From: Candidatus Palauibacter scopulicola
GTDB lineage: Bacteria > Gemmatimonadota > Gemmatimonadetes > Palauibacterales > Palauibacteraceae
Direction: 5' to 3'
Assembly: GCF_947581915.1 (NCBI RefSeq)
Contig: NZ_CANPWG010000054.1
Span: forward strand, 83,513-147,512
DNA length: 64,000 nucleotides
Under the pieces are notes generated by a model. The model did not search any database. It was given only the letters and a program-made list of their open reading frames with translations, and was not told where the DNA came from. Positions within the stretch are counted from its first letter, which is position 1, and each line of letters begins with the position of its first letter. Positions 13,215 through 22,691 of the stretch are shown here, piece after piece. The position numbers and the translations under genes were made by a program.

Positions 13215-14216
13215 TCAGTCGTCGGCCAGGTAGCGGCCCGCCATCTCCACGAGGTCGGGGGTGCCGAGGAAGGTCGGCACCCGGTGGTGCAGCCCTTCGG
13301 GTTCGATATCGAGGATGCGGCGGCGGCCATCGGTGGCCAGACCGCCCGCCTGCTCGCAGATCATGGCCATCGGAGCCACCTCGTACAGCAGGCGGAGCTT
13401 CCCCTCCGGCTTCGCGACGGTCCCCGGATACATGAAGATCCCCCCTCGGAGGATCGTGCGGTGGAAATCCGCCACCATGGATCCGACATAGCGCGCGGAG
13501 AACGACGGCGCGTCGCGGGGCGGCCGCCGGAACCGTTCCACGAGTCGCTGCTGACCCGGCGTCCACTTGTCGAAATAGGCCTCGTTGATGCTGTAGATGT
13601 TCTTGCCGGGCGAGGGGATGCGCAGGTTCCGGTACGAGAGGAGGAACTCCCCGATCCCCGGGTCGAGCGTGAAGCCGTGGACGCCCGCTCCGGTCGTGAA
13701 GACGAGCATGGTGGAAGAGCCGTACAGGACGTATCCCGCCGCGACCTGTTCGGATCCCGGCTGGAGCAGGTCGCGCCTGCGCACCTTGCGCCCCTCGCTC
13801 CGCTTGCGGTAGACGGCGAAGATCGTCCCCACCGAGATGTTCACGTCGATGTTCGAACTCCCGTCGAGCGGATCGAACGCGATGATGTACGGTCCGGGGT
13901 CGCGTGATTCGGGGACATGAACGAACCCCTCCTCTTCCTCGGACACCATGCCGCTCAGGCTGCCGCAGCGCCGCAGCAGGTTCAGGAGGACGTCGTTCGC
14001 GTACTCGTCCAGCTTCTGCACTTCCTCGTCGTGCACGTTCGTGCTCCCGATCACGCCGAGGATGTCGATGAGGCCGGCGCGATTCACAGCCGCCGAGATG
14101 ACCTTTGCGGCGAGGCTGATCTGGAGGAGGATGTCGGTGAGCGCGCCCGTGGCCTTGGGGTATTCGCGCTCCTGCTCGGCGATGAAGTGCTCGACGGTGA
14201 CGATGGATCCGGTCAA
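13215..14216 (-). CDS. fbp: Fructose-1,6-bisphosphatase class 1
   Basis: 333 aa with characteristic FBPase-I segments: DPLDGSSNID, metal-binding region and GGIFMYPG. Confidence 0.9.
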   Translation of the reverse strand: MTGSIVTVEHFIAEQEREYPKATGALTDILLQISLAAKVISAAVNRAGLIDILGVIGSTNVHDEEVQKLDEYANDVLLNLLRRCGSLSGMVSEEEEGFVHVPESRDPGPYIIAFDPLDGSSNIDVNISVGTIFAVYRKRSEGRKVRRRDLLQPGSEQVAAGYVLYGSSTMLVFTTGAGVHGFTLDPGIGEFLLSYRNLRIPSPGKNIYSINEAYFDKWTPGQQRLVERFRRPPRDAPSFSARYVGSMVADFHRTILRGGIFMYPGTVAKPEGKLRLLYEVAPMAMICEQAGGLATDGRRRILDIEPEGLHHRVPTFLGTPDLVEMAGRYLADD

Positions 14217-14315
14217 GATGGCTCCGCGGAAGTCGGGGGGTGGGCTGGCGGTCCGTGGCGCTGACGCGGGGCTTTGCCACGGATCGCTGAGCTTACGGAG
14301 GGGTGGTTTTTCGCG

Positions 14316-16691
14316 TCAAGGCGCGTCGGCGATCCTCCAGCCGCGGGCGTCGACTTCGATGCACAGGGGGCCGTCCAGATCGGTCCGCCACACGTGCGGC
14401 ACCCGGGCGGAGTCGAGTCGCGCCAGCGTCACGGCGTGCGGGTGCCCGTACCGGTTCCCGGTGCCCGAGGAGATTACGGCGATGTCCGTCTCCGTCGCCT
14501 CCAGCCACTCGACGGAACTGGAAGTCCGGCTGCCGTGGTGGCCGAGCTTGAGCACATCCGCCTCGGGGCGGCGCGGCGCCAGGCGCTCCAGGATCTCGCG
14601 TTCGACGTCGACGCCGGCGTCGCCCGTGTTCACGTAGCGAAAGCCGCCGATCGTGAGACGGAAGGAGAGGGAGCCTTCGTTCGCGTCCGAGCCGGCGGGG
14701 CCGTCGGGCCAGAGAATATCGAGTTCGACGTCGTCGATGCGGAGGCGATCTCCGGCGCGGGGCGAGTGCCAGGAGGCGCCCTCCTCCTGAAGCCGTTCGA
14801 GGAAGGCGAGGTAGGACGCGCTGGGTTCCGGGACGCCGGGATCGAACACACGGCGGACCCGGAGGGCCTCGAACACGGCGGCGGCGCCGCCGTAGTGGTC
14901 GAGGTGGGGATGGGAGATCAGGAGCAGCTCCACGGTCCGGGCGCCCTTGCCGCGCAGGAAGGGCACGACGACGCGGCTTCCCGCGTCGGCGATCAGCGGC
15001 GGGCCGGATGCCGTGCCGGCCGTACGGAACGCCGCGCCGGGACCCGCGTCGAAGACGAGCCATCGGCCGGCGCCGGTTCGCACGACGGCGGCGTCGCCCT
15101 GCCCCACGGCGAGGGTGCAGACGAGCGCCGTGCCCCGGTCGAGTCCGGCCCGGACGAGAGGCCAGGCGACGGTGAGCGCGAGCACGGCGCCGACCGAGAG
15201 GAGGCCGAGGCCGCGCCGGGCGCGCGTGCGGTCGAGTGCGAGGGCGATGAGCGCGGCCGTGACCGCCCACGCGCGCGAGCCCAGGCCGGGGCCCGTCCAG
15301 CTCAGCGGGAGCCCCGCGAAGAAGGCCGCGATCGCCGCGAGGCAGGCGAGCGCCATGTCCGCGGCGCCGGCGAATAGCATCCAGAGATTCCACGGCAGGA
15401 CCAGCGTCAGAGCGAGGGCGGGAAGCGCGAGACTCACGACCCCGCCCGCCACCACGCTGGCCGGGATCGAGGCGATGACGATGCGTTCGAAGTGGAAGGC
15501 CGCGATGGGCGCGGTGACGAGGAACGCACCGCAGCTCACGGCGAGTGCCCGCCCGATCCCGCGCAGACGTCGGGAGGAGAGCGGACGCGGCAGCGGTGCG
15601 CGACCCCCGAGCACGACGCCCGTGAACCCGGCGAACGAGAGCTGAAAGCCCACGTCCGTTACGATGAGCGGGTCGGCCAGGATGGCGAGCATCGCCGCGA
15701 GCGCCGCGAGGTCGCCGACGCGGGCCGGGCGGGCCCGGCGGAAGGCGAGCGCCCAGCCCCAGAACATCAGCGCTGCGCGCACGGCCGAGGGGGGCGCCCC
15801 GATGAGGCACACGTAGGCGCTCGTGCAGCCGGCGGCATACAGGAGCCGGCGTGGACCGCGCACGCGAAGGCCGATGAGCCAGGAAAGCGAGGCCCCGATC
15901 AGGCCGACGTGGAGCCCGGAGATCGCGAGCAGGTGGATGATCCCGGCCCCGACGAACGCCTCTCTCGTCCCGGGGTCGAGGGTGCTGCGGTCGGCGAGCA
16001 GCAGAGCCTTGCCGATCGCCCGGTGCGCGGGGGCGAGCCGGGCGTCGAGCCGGGCGAGCAGCCCGGCGCGCCATTCGATCATCCAGCGGCCGGGGCCGCG
16101 CGGACCCACCGCGTCCGCGGGGACGTCCAGCGGCTCCAGCGTCGCGCCGCCGATCCAGCCCAGCGTCGCGGGCGGACGGGGCAGCCGCGCCCGTCCGGCG
16201 TCCGGATCCATCCCGCCCGCCGTGCGCCATGTGCCCCGGGCGAGCACCGCCGCGCCGGCCTCGCGCCCCGCGCCGGGCCGCACGAAGGCGCGCACCGCGC
16301 CCAGGCGGCAGACCCGCCCCCCCGACACGATGCGGACGTCGCGGATCGACACCCGGACCGGGCCGGCCCCCCGGCCCGACTGCCGCGCCGGCACCGGGTC
16401 GCCGAGCGTGCCGACTGCCGCGGCCGGCGCGCCCACCTCCATCGTCGCGACACACGCCGCCCGCGCCGCCGTGCCGCTCGGCAGCCCCGCCAGCAACCCG
16501 GCCACGGCGGCGAGCGCCAGCGAGAGGCCGACGCCTGCGTACGGCGGGACGCCGCCGACCCGGCCGGGACGCGCGCGGCCGCCAGCCCGCAGCGCGGCCC
16601 GGCCGACGAGGACACAGACGAGTCCCGTCGCGATCGCCGCCGGCGCCTGGAGAGCGACGCCGTCAGTCCGGGCGAGCGCGAGCCCGGCCAC
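14316..16691 (-). CDS. comEC: ComEC/Rec2 family DNA internalisation channel with C-terminal metallo-beta-lactamase domain
   Basis: Polytopic membrane N-terminus. C-terminal MBL motif LLISHPHLDHYGG and the conserved competence domain. Chosen over the overlapping alternative-frame ORF 14293..16455. Confidence 0.7.
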   Translation of the reverse strand: MAGLALARTDGVALQAPAAIATGLVCVLVGRAALRAGGRARPGRVGGVPPYAGVGLSLALAAVAGLLAGLPSGTAARAACVATMEVGAPAAAVGTLGDPVPARQSGRGAGPVRVSIRDVRIVSGGRVCRLGAVRAFVRPGAGREAGAAVLARGTWRTAGGMDPDAGRARLPRPPATLGWIGGATLEPLDVPADAVGPRGPGRWMIEWRAGLLARLDARLAPAHRAIGKALLLADRSTLDPGTREAFVGAGIIHLLAISGLHVGLIGASLSWLIGLRVRGPRRLLYAAGCTSAYVCLIGAPPSAVRAALMFWGWALAFRRARPARVGDLAALAAMLAILADPLIVTDVGFQLSFAGFTGVVLGGRAPLPRPLSSRRLRGIGRALAVSCGAFLVTAPIAAFHFERIVIASIPASVVAGGVVSLALPALALTLVLPWNLWMLFAGAADMALACLAAIAAFFAGLPLSWTGPGLGSRAWAVTAALIALALDRTRARRGLGLLSVGAVLALTVAWPLVRAGLDRGTALVCTLAVGQGDAAVVRTGAGRWLVFDAGPGAAFRTAGTASGPPLIADAGSRVVVPFLRGKGARTVELLLISHPHLDHYGGAAAVFEALRVRRVFDPGVPEPSASYLAFLERLQEEGASWHSPRAGDRLRIDDVELDILWPDGPAGSDANEGSLSFRLTIGGFRYVNTGDAGVDVEREILERLAPRRPEADVLKLGHHGSRTSSSVEWLEATETDIAVISSGTGNRYGHPHAVTLARLDSARVPHVWRTDLDGPLCIEVDARGWRIADAP

Positions 16692-16806
16692 ATCCCCGGC
16701 GGCGAGCGCCAGGGCGGTCAGAAGCAGGGGAGAAAGTGAGCGGGACGTCGATCAGCCTCCGGGCGCAGGGTACACCCCTACGCTCGGAGAGGGCGTCAAC
16801 CGTCCA

Positions 16807-17154
16807 TCAAAGGGGAGGGCTCGGCTCAGATCGCTCCGGCGGAGCGGGGGGGTCCGCCGCAGCCGGGGACTCCGAGGGGGCCGGAGACTCCGGTGCGGGC
16901 GGCGGCTCGTACGCGGGGCGCGCCGACGCCGCCCGGTTCGCGAGGCGCCGGGCCCGGCGCTCGGCCCGCCACGCGAGCAGGCCCGAGAGGCCCATCCCCC
17001 CGAGGATGCAGGCGAAGACGACGAGCGGGAGCGGCGCGCGAATGCGGAGGAAGGGCAGCACGACGTTCACGAGTTCGCCCCCGTTCCGAACCGAAAACCA
17101 GAACGCCGCGAGGATGACGACGGCGAAGGCGAGAAGCCGCGTCACGAAGCGCAT
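16807..17154 (-). CDS. Small inner-membrane protein, LapA/DUF1049-like
   Basis: One or two TM helices followed by a Pro/Ala-rich tail. The ATG overlaps the miaB stop (ATGA). Confidence 0.5.
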   Translation of the reverse strand: MRFVTRLLAFAVVILAAFWFSVRNGGELVNVVLPFLRIRAPLPLVVFACILGGMGLSGLLAWRAERRARRLANRAASARPAYEPPPAPESPAPSESPAAADPPAPPERSEPSPPL

Positions 17155-18557
17155 CAGCAGGGCTGCCCCGTAAAGGTCGCGCCGGTCGTCCCCGTGAGCC
17201 GCACGTGCGCGTACGTGCCGATCCGGCAGGGGTCTCCGGGGAAGGCGACGACCTTGTTCTGCTCCGTCCTGCCGAGCACGTCACCCGGCGAACGCGCGGA
17301 GCGCTCGATCAGCACCTCGCGCCGCGAGCCCACCTCGGACTCGTTGATCTCGCGCTGGATCGCGCGGTGCTCGCCGATCAGCCGTTCCAGCCGCTCCGAA
17401 CCCACCCCGTCCGGCACGAAATCCGGGGCCGGGAAGCGCGTGGCCGGCGTCCCTTCGCGCAGCGAGTACTTGTACAGGTAGGCGTCGTCGAACCGCACGC
17501 CCCGCATCAGCTCCAGCGTGGCCTCGAAGTCCGCCTCCGTCTCCCCCGGGAAGGCGACGATCACATCCGTGGAGAGCGCGATCCCGGGCACCTCGCGGCG
17601 CGCGGCCTCGACCTTCTCGAGAAACCCCGCGCTCGTGTAGCGCCGCACCATGCGCTTGAGGATGCGGTCGGAGCCCGATTGCACGGGCAGGTGGAGCTGG
17701 CGGCAAACCGTCGGCTCCTCCGCCATCACCTCGAGCAGTTCCGGCGTCACGTCGTTGGGATGGGGGGAGGTGAAACGGACGCGGCGGATGCCGTCCACGC
17801 GGCTCACGGCCCGCAGCAGCGCCGCGAAGTCCCAGTCTCCGGACTCGTACGAGTTCACGGTCTGTCCGAGGAGCACGACTTCGCTGAACCCATCCTCCAC
17901 GGCGCGCCGGGTCTCGGCCAGCACCGCCTCGGGCGTCCGGTTCTTCTCGGGTCCCCTCACATAGGGGACGATGCAGAAGGTGCAGCGATGATCGCAGCCG
18001 CGCTGGACCGTGATCCAGGCGCTCACGCCTTCCCGCCTCACGCTGTCCACGCCCTCGTAGTTCTCTTCCGCGTCGAGTCCGAGCAGCGTCTGTCCGCGCT
18101 CGATCGCATTCGCCCGGATCGAACCGATGAGTTCCGGGAGGGCGCGGTAGGCATCCGGTCCGGCCACCAGGTCCACGCCCGCCGCCTCCTCGATGAGCCG
18201 CGGGCCCAGCCGCTGCGCCATGCACCCCGTCACCCCCAGCACGAGGCCGGCATGCCGCTTGCGGTGGCGTTGCAGCTCGCCGATCCGGCCGCGGACGCGC
18301 CGTTCCGCGTGCTCGCGAATCGCGCAGGTGTTCACGAGGATCACATCGGCGCGCTCGGGCGCGTCCACGCTCACGTAGCCTTCGTCGACGAGCAGCCCCT
18401 CCATCAACTCGGTGTCGTTGATGTTCATCTGACACCCGTAGGTCTCGATGTAGACCCGCCCCCCGAGCGGGCGGGGGTCGCGGGGGCGATCCGCGCCGGG
18501 CGTCGCGCCGGGCGTCTTCAGGGTGACGAGCTTCGTCTTCTCCAGCGTCTTCTCCAT
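17154..18557 (-). CDS. miaB: tRNA-2-methylthio-N6-dimethylallyladenosine synthase (MiaB)
   Basis: Radical-SAM MTTase. N-terminal MTTase Cys motifs (YIETYGCQMN, NTCAIRE), a CxxxCxxC-type cluster (GCDHRCTFC), and a TRAM domain. Start is placed at MEKTLEK (ATG at 18557). The longer ORF back to 18845 is a GC-rich extension. Confidence 0.85.
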   Translation of the reverse strand: MEKTLEKTKLVTLKTPGATPGADRPRDPRPLGGRVYIETYGCQMNINDTELMEGLLVDEGYVSVDAPERADVILVNTCAIREHAERRVRGRIGELQRHRKRHAGLVLGVTGCMAQRLGPRLIEEAAGVDLVAGPDAYRALPELIGSIRANAIERGQTLLGLDAEENYEGVDSVRREGVSAWITVQRGCDHRCTFCIVPYVRGPEKNRTPEAVLAETRRAVEDGFSEVVLLGQTVNSYESGDWDFAALLRAVSRVDGIRRVRFTSPHPNDVTPELLEVMAEEPTVCRQLHLPVQSGSDRILKRMVRRYTSAGFLEKVEAARREVPGIALSTDVIVAFPGETEADFEATLELMRGVRFDDAYLYKYSLREGTPATRFPAPDFVPDGVGSERLERLIGEHRAIQREINESEVGSRREVLIERSARSPGDVLGRTEQNKVVAFPGDPCRIGTYAHVRLTGTTGATFTGQPC

Positions 18558-18564
18558 CGGCGGC

Positions 18565-19785
18565 TCAGCGCTGCCGGAGGGAGAAGGAGAGGGTGACGCG
18601 CCGGAAGCTCTCCGCGAACCCGGCCGCCGCGACGTCGCCGCGCGATCCGCTCTCGAAGGCGAGATCGAATACGGCGAGTCCCTCCTGGAACTCCCAGCCG
18701 AAGCCGCCGGTGAAGGCAGATTCCTCGAGCGCTTCGGCGCCCCGGCTGAAGGGGAGCCCCGTCCGCCGCCAGCCGGCCCGAAGCGGCAACCTCCCGCCGA
18801 GCAGGGAGAGCGCGCCGTATTCGACCCCGCCGCCCAGCCAGGCAATGTCGTGGGACTGGAACGCGGAACCGGCCGCCGCGGTGCGCGACCCCACGGCCGA
18901 CCACCCGGCCCGGCCGCCGCCGGCGGTGACGAGGATCTGGTCCGTCACGCGCACGCTGCCGCCGAGTTCGATCGAGGTCGGCAGATCGAACTCCGCCTCG
19001 GGTTCTTCCGCCGCTTCGGGGGTCGCGTACAGCGTCCCTCCCGTGCCGAGCGACACCCCCGCCACGACGCGGTCTCCCAGCCGAATCGACCCGCCCGCCC
19101 GGAAGCGCCAGGCTCGCCACGACAGCTCCCTCGCCCCCGCGATGCCGCCGAGCGCGGGAGCTCCGCCGATCGGATCGTCGAACTGACGGAAGAACGACTG
19201 CCGCAGCGAGCCGGTCAGCCGCTGCGCCGAGATGCCGACGCCCAGCGGCCCGAGTCGCCGCGCCAGCGACGCGTCGATCGTGCTGATCCCGCCGTTGTGC
19301 TCCCGCGTCTCCTCGTAGGGGACCGCCCCGTCGTTCAGCCGCAGCGTGTCCTGCAGGATGTTGGACCAGTCCTGATCGAACTCGCCGCCGAAGGCCAGGC
19401 TGAAGGCCCAGTCGTTGTAGGGGACGAGTGCGCGGATCGTGGTGAAGCGCCCGCGTCCCGTGTCGAGCGACGGGCCATCGCCCTGGAGTGTCACGCCCTC
19501 GCTGGCCAGGGAGACGGAGAAGCCGGGTTCGGCGTGAAGGAGAAGGTCCGCCGGGTTCGTGACGCTGTACGATCCGCCGAGCAGGCCGGAGCCCGAGCCG
19601 CCGAGCGCCGCCGACCGGCCATCCACGGGCGCGACCGGATAGCCGAGCCCGACCGCCGTGAGCGGCGTCTGGGCGAAGAGGGCGACGGGGGAAGCCGCCA
19701 GCGCCGCCAGCGCGAACCCGGCCCGGACGCATGCCCGGACCCGTGCCCGGACCCGTGCCCGGAGCCCTCGGACGGGAGGCATCAC
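18565..19785 (-). CDS. Exported hypothetical protein, probable outer-membrane beta-barrel
   Basis: Signal peptide ending LFAQTP. Alternating hydrophobic beta-strand pattern with a C-terminal aromatic residue near the end. N-terminal Arg repeat (RARVRARVRA) comes from a 12-nt DNA tandem repeat. Overlaps the upstream gene by 4 nt. Confidence 0.45.
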   Translation of the reverse strand: MMPPVRGLRARVRARVRACVRAGFALAALAASPVALFAQTPLTAVGLGYPVAPVDGRSAALGGSGSGLLGGSYSVTNPADLLLHAEPGFSVSLASEGVTLQGDGPSLDTGRGRFTTIRALVPYNDWAFSLAFGGEFDQDWSNILQDTLRLNDGAVPYEETREHNGGISTIDASLARRLGPLGVGISAQRLTGSLRQSFFRQFDDPIGGAPALGGIAGARELSWRAWRFRAGGSIRLGDRVVAGVSLGTGGTLYATPEAAEEPEAEFDLPTSIELGGSVRVTDQILVTAGGGRAGWSAVGSRTAAAGSAFQSHDIAWLGGGVEYGALSLLGGRLPLRAGWRRTGLPFSRGAEALEESAFTGGFGWEFQEGLAVFDLAFESGSRGDVAAAGFAESFRRVTLSFSLRQR

Positions 19786-21014
19786 GGCACCGTGAAGTCG
19801 GGCGGCGAACTGAACACAATGCGGATCCGCGGCCGGAGTTCCGGCGGCGATTCGGCGGAACCGAACTCCCAGTAGCCCAGCGCCTGCGCATCGGGATCCG
19901 CCCGCAAGCCGATCCGGATGCGCCTCAGCGAATCCTGGACGGCTTGCGCCATCACGCGCGTGATGTCGAGGCGAACCGGCTCACCCTCGCGGAGTCTGTC
20001 GGGATCGAGCGTCGTCGTGGCCAGATCCCCGCTCCCGATCGGGGTCTTTTCGCCTACCTCGAACGGGTCGCCGAGCAGGCTCACCTTGCGGGCTGCGATC
20101 GTGCGCTCCGCCGCGTACAGGTCGGGCGCGGCCAGCGGATGCAGGATGACCTCGGCCTGGCTTACCGTCGCCCCCTCGAGTCCCGCTCCCCCGAGGACGC
20201 CCGGCGGCACGAACTCGAAGTAGATGCGCGAGGCGGGGAGGCCGCCGACGCGAAGCTCCGTGCCCGTAGGCGGCTGGGGCGGATCCAGGATGAACGCGTG
20301 ATCCTCCCAGAACTGGGACTGCGGCACCGGGATGCTCCGCCCGACCAGGGTGGGATCGTACCGGAGGACCATCTGAATGACCCGGAGTTTCGTTTCGGGG
20401 CCGTCCACCACGATGGCGAAGCCGTTGCCCCCATCCTCCCGCTGCCACGCCTTCATCAGCGAGTCCTCCGCCACGGCCGGCGTCATGAGGAGCGTGTCCG
20501 AGGCCGCCTCCAGCACCGCCGACGCAATCTCGACTCCGAGGCTGCCCCCCGGCTCCGTCCACGGGATTCCGGCCGCCGCCTCCTGCCACGTCGCGCGATG
20601 AGGCTCGAAACGCTCCCCGAGTTCGACGAGCTTCACCGTGACGGGGAATTCCGTGAACTCCGAGCGGATCGTGTCCAGGCGGAGCTCGAACTCCACTTCC
20701 TCGAACGTCGCGACCGGCAGCGTATCGACGAACGTCCGGACCGTGTCGGGGACGTTGAAGCGCGCAAGCCCGCGACTCGACACGTCCGTCCCGGCCGAAA
20801 CGAACACGAAGGGCGCGGTAGAGGGCCGGGCGAAGCCGGTCAGCGTCGTGTCCCGCCAGGTCGACAGTTCCGAGACGGCGATCGTGACGTCCCGCGTCAC
20901 CACGCCGGCGCCCGGCACCTCTTCTGAGCCCAGCGAGAGCGGGTCCTCCGCGCAGGCGGCCAGCAGCACCGGTAGAGCCGTCGCGATGAGCGCCGCGCGT
21001 CGCCGTCCGTTCAC
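19782..21014 (-). CDS. Hypothetical lipoprotein
   Basis: GTG start overlapping the cdd stop (GTGA). Signal peptide plus lipobox LLAACAED. No recognisable catalytic motif. Confidence 0.45.
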   Translation of the reverse strand: MNGRRRAALIATALPVLLAACAEDPLSLGSEEVPGAGVVTRDVTIAVSELSTWRDTTLTGFARPSTAPFVFVSAGTDVSSRGLARFNVPDTVRTFVDTLPVATFEEVEFELRLDTIRSEFTEFPVTVKLVELGERFEPHRATWQEAAAGIPWTEPGGSLGVEIASAVLEAASDTLLMTPAVAEDSLMKAWQREDGGNGFAIVVDGPETKLRVIQMVLRYDPTLVGRSIPVPQSQFWEDHAFILDPPQPPTGTELRVGGLPASRIYFEFVPPGVLGGAGLEGATVSQAEVILHPLAAPDLYAAERTIAARKVSLLGDPFEVGEKTPIGSGDLATTTLDPDRLREGEPVRLDITRVMAQAVQDSLRRIRIGLRADPDAQALGYWEFGSAESPPELRPRIRIVFSSPPDFTVP

Positions 21015-21457
21015 GGGCCCGTCTCCGCCGACGCGGCCATCCGCTCGAGCGAGAAGTTCGCGGGCAGCAGGTCGCGCAACCGCCAGACGATGGACTCCCC
21101 GTTCGTTCCGATGCTCATGACCTCGAGTTCGCGGCCGAACTCCGCGAGCGCCTGGCGGCACATGCCGCACGGCGGGGCCGGGACGGCGCCGCTCGTCACG
21201 ATGGCGATGCGCGAGAAGGCGCGCGCCCCCGAAACGACCGCGTGTCCCAGCGCGACGCGTTCCGCGCACGTCCCGACGGGGTACGACGCGTTCTCCACGT
21301 TGCACCCCGCGAAGACCCGGCCGTCGTCGGCCTCGAGGGCCGCGCCGACGAGGAAACGCGAATACGGAGCGTACGCGCGCTCGCGGGCGGCCCTCGCGCG
21401 GTCGGCGAGATCGTCCCACGAGAGCGGCGCTCCGGCTGTCCCTCGAGTCTCGGTCAT
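21011..21457 (-). CDS. cdd: Cytidine deaminase
   Basis: Zinc-binding CxE...PCxxC motifs (CAERVAL, PCGMCRQ) of cytidine/deoxycytidylate deaminase. 148 aa. Confidence 0.85.
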   Translation of the reverse strand: MTETRGTAGAPLSWDDLADRARAARERAYAPYSRFLVGAALEADDGRVFAGCNVENASYPVGTCAERVALGHAVVSGARAFSRIAIVTSGAVPAPPCGMCRQALAEFGRELEVMSIGTNGESIVWRLRDLLPANFSLERMAASAETGP

Positions 21458-22671
21458 CGGCTTCCATCCGCGGCGTCGACCGGCCTGCCCACGTAGTGTC
21501 GGGGCAGACGGCGTCCGATCGCCGTCAGCACTTCGTATTCGATCGTCCCGGCGGTCCTCGCGAAGTCCGCCAGCGCGACCTCCTCTCCTCCGTCACGGCC
21601 CAGGAGCGTGGCCACGTCCGCAGCTTCGACACCCGGCGCGCCGGAAACGTCTACCGACGTCACGTCCATGCAGACACCGCCCCGGATCGGCACCCGGATT
21701 CCGGCGATGACCGCCTGTCCCCGGTTCGACAGACGCCACGGCAGCCCGTCCGCGTACCCGATGCCCAGGGTGGCGAGACGTTCGGCGCGCTTCGTCGTGT
21801 AAGTGGCCCCGTAGCTGACGGTGGAGCCCGGTGCCAGGTCACGAACTTCCAGCACCCTCGCGCGTACCCGCGCCACACTCTCCGGGTCCGCCAGCGCGCC
21901 GGCGGCGCTCGCCCCCCGCCGTCCCCCGTACAGGTAGATCCCCGGCCTGACGAGCCCCAGATGATACTGCGGATCCGTCATCACCGCATCGCTGTTCGCC
22001 GCATGCAGGAAGGGGATCTCGACGCCAGCGTCCTCGAGGACCGATGCGGCTCGCCGCAAGCGGGTCAACTGAAGAGATGTCGCGGCCGGATCCGTGCCGG
22101 CGGAATGGAAGTGCGTGTAGACGCTCGCCAGCGTCACGCCGCCGCGCGAGAGGATCGACACGACCTCGGGCGTCCACGCGGCGGCTTCGGCCGCCGGGAG
22201 GCCCGCGCGCCCCATGCCGGTGTCGATTTCGAGGTGAACGGGGATCCGGGTGGACGCGGCCCGCGCGCCGGCTTCGAGCTTCGCGAACGACGCCAGGCTC
22301 AGGGCCGCGCTCTCGAGCCGCGCCTCGAGGAGTTGGGAGATCTCGGCGGTGGCGGAGGGGGCGAAGACGATGATGCGGCGCTCGATCCCGCCCCGGCGGA
22401 GTTCGGCGCCCTCCGGCGGCGTCGCGACCCCGAAGGCGTAGGGCTGCAGCCGGTCCAGGGCGCGGGCGACCTCGATCGCGCCGAGGCCGTACGCATCCGC
22501 CTTGACCATGGGGACGAAGCGGGCCGGGGCGGCATGGGCTGCCACGCGCCGGGCGTTGCGCGACAGCGCGGCCAGATCGACCTCGAGCCACGCTCGGTAC
22601 GGGGGATCTTCGCGGCTGCGGGTCAAGCGTCGCCGGGGGTTCGGGGGTCGAATGCAGCGGCGTCCTGCCAC
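21454..22671 (-). CDS. alr: Alanine racemase
   Basis: PLP-Lys motif VKADAYG and a C-terminal beta-sandwich domain. The stop overlaps the cdd ATG (ATGA). The true start may lie downstream of the annotated one. Confidence 0.8.
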   Translation of the reverse strand: MAGRRCIRPPNPRRRLTRSREDPPYRAWLEVDLAALSRNARRVAAHAAPARFVPMVKADAYGLGAIEVARALDRLQPYAFGVATPPEGAELRRGGIERRIIVFAPSATAEISQLLEARLESAALSLASFAKLEAGARAASTRIPVHLEIDTGMGRAGLPAAEAAAWTPEVVSILSRGGVTLASVYTHFHSAGTDPAATSLQLTRLRRAASVLEDAGVEIPFLHAANSDAVMTDPQYHLGLVRPGIYLYGGRRGASAAGALADPESVARVRARVLEVRDLAPGSTVSYGATYTTKRAERLATLGIGYADGLPWRLSNRGQAVIAGIRVPIRGGVCMDVTSVDVSGAPGVEAADVATLLGRDGGEEVALADFARTAGTIEYEVLTAIGRRLPRHYVGRPVDAADGSR

Positions 22672-22691
22672 GGGATGATACCTTCGCCGTC

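Noticed and set aside
14293-16455. Alternative 720-aa frame overlapping comEC
   Set aside because: It has Arg/Gly/Pro low-complexity content. The MBL motif and TM-rich sequence lie in the 14316..16691 frame.
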